Source: Lytechinus pictus
Lineage: Eukaryota
Assembly: GCF_037042905.1 (NCBI RefSeq)
Contig: NC_087250.1
Span: 6,450,001 to 6,514,000, forward strand
DNA: 64,000 nt
Direction of reading: 5' to 3'
Shown here: in pieces, positions 63,866 to 64,000 of the stretch
Position numbering within the stretch: position 1 is the stretch's first letter
How the letters are laid out: every line of letters starts with the position of its first letter
The notes under the pieces: generated by a model
Told to the model about the DNA's origin: nothing
The model's database searches: none
The model's input: the letters and a program-made list of their open reading frames with translations, nothing else
Translations under genes and position numbers: made by a program

Positions 63866-64000
63866 ATTTGTAGATTTAATTTTTATTCATTTTCCGTTCA
63901 CAAAGCACAACAAAATCAAACAATACATAGTCAAATTTAAAGAACAACGTCAATCGGAATAAGGTATAAACAATGAGAACTAATGCAAACTAAAGTAACT

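Overview
AT-rich eukaryotic (animal) genomic DNA; the LRR exon sequences and repeat types suggest a sea urchin, which is my inference and is unverified. 1-8.3 kb: a decayed Ty3/Gypsy LTR retrotransposon (minus strand; 5' LTR 5103-5765, tRNA-Leu PBS, gag, PR-RT-RH-IN) sits inside the RT domain of an L2-clade LINE. The LINE ORF starts with a signal-peptide-like leader and a 2A/StopGo-like motif (LLLISGDINPNPGP). 15.8-54.8 kb (+ strand): the 3' part of a large spliced LRR gene resembling echinoderm NLR LRR regions; no NACHT or death domain is visible in the window. The gene is built from a repeated two-exon cassette, a 302-521 nt LRR exon (phase 0 to 2) plus a 49-nt micro-exon (phase 2 to 0). Each cassette is frame-neutral. 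There are six complete cassettes, then a seventh large exon and a terminal exon, giving about 1236 aa in frame. The array grew by tandem duplications of different ages. The two youngest (about 5.5 kb and 7 kb) have microhomology junctions, and one leaves a decoy splice acceptor fused to a MITE. Introns and flanks contain nested non-autonomous DNA transposons, many with readable TIRs and TSDs, plus minisatellites and purine/pyrimidine tracts. No rRNA, tRNA or CRISPR features were found, and most short ORFs in the track are spurious.
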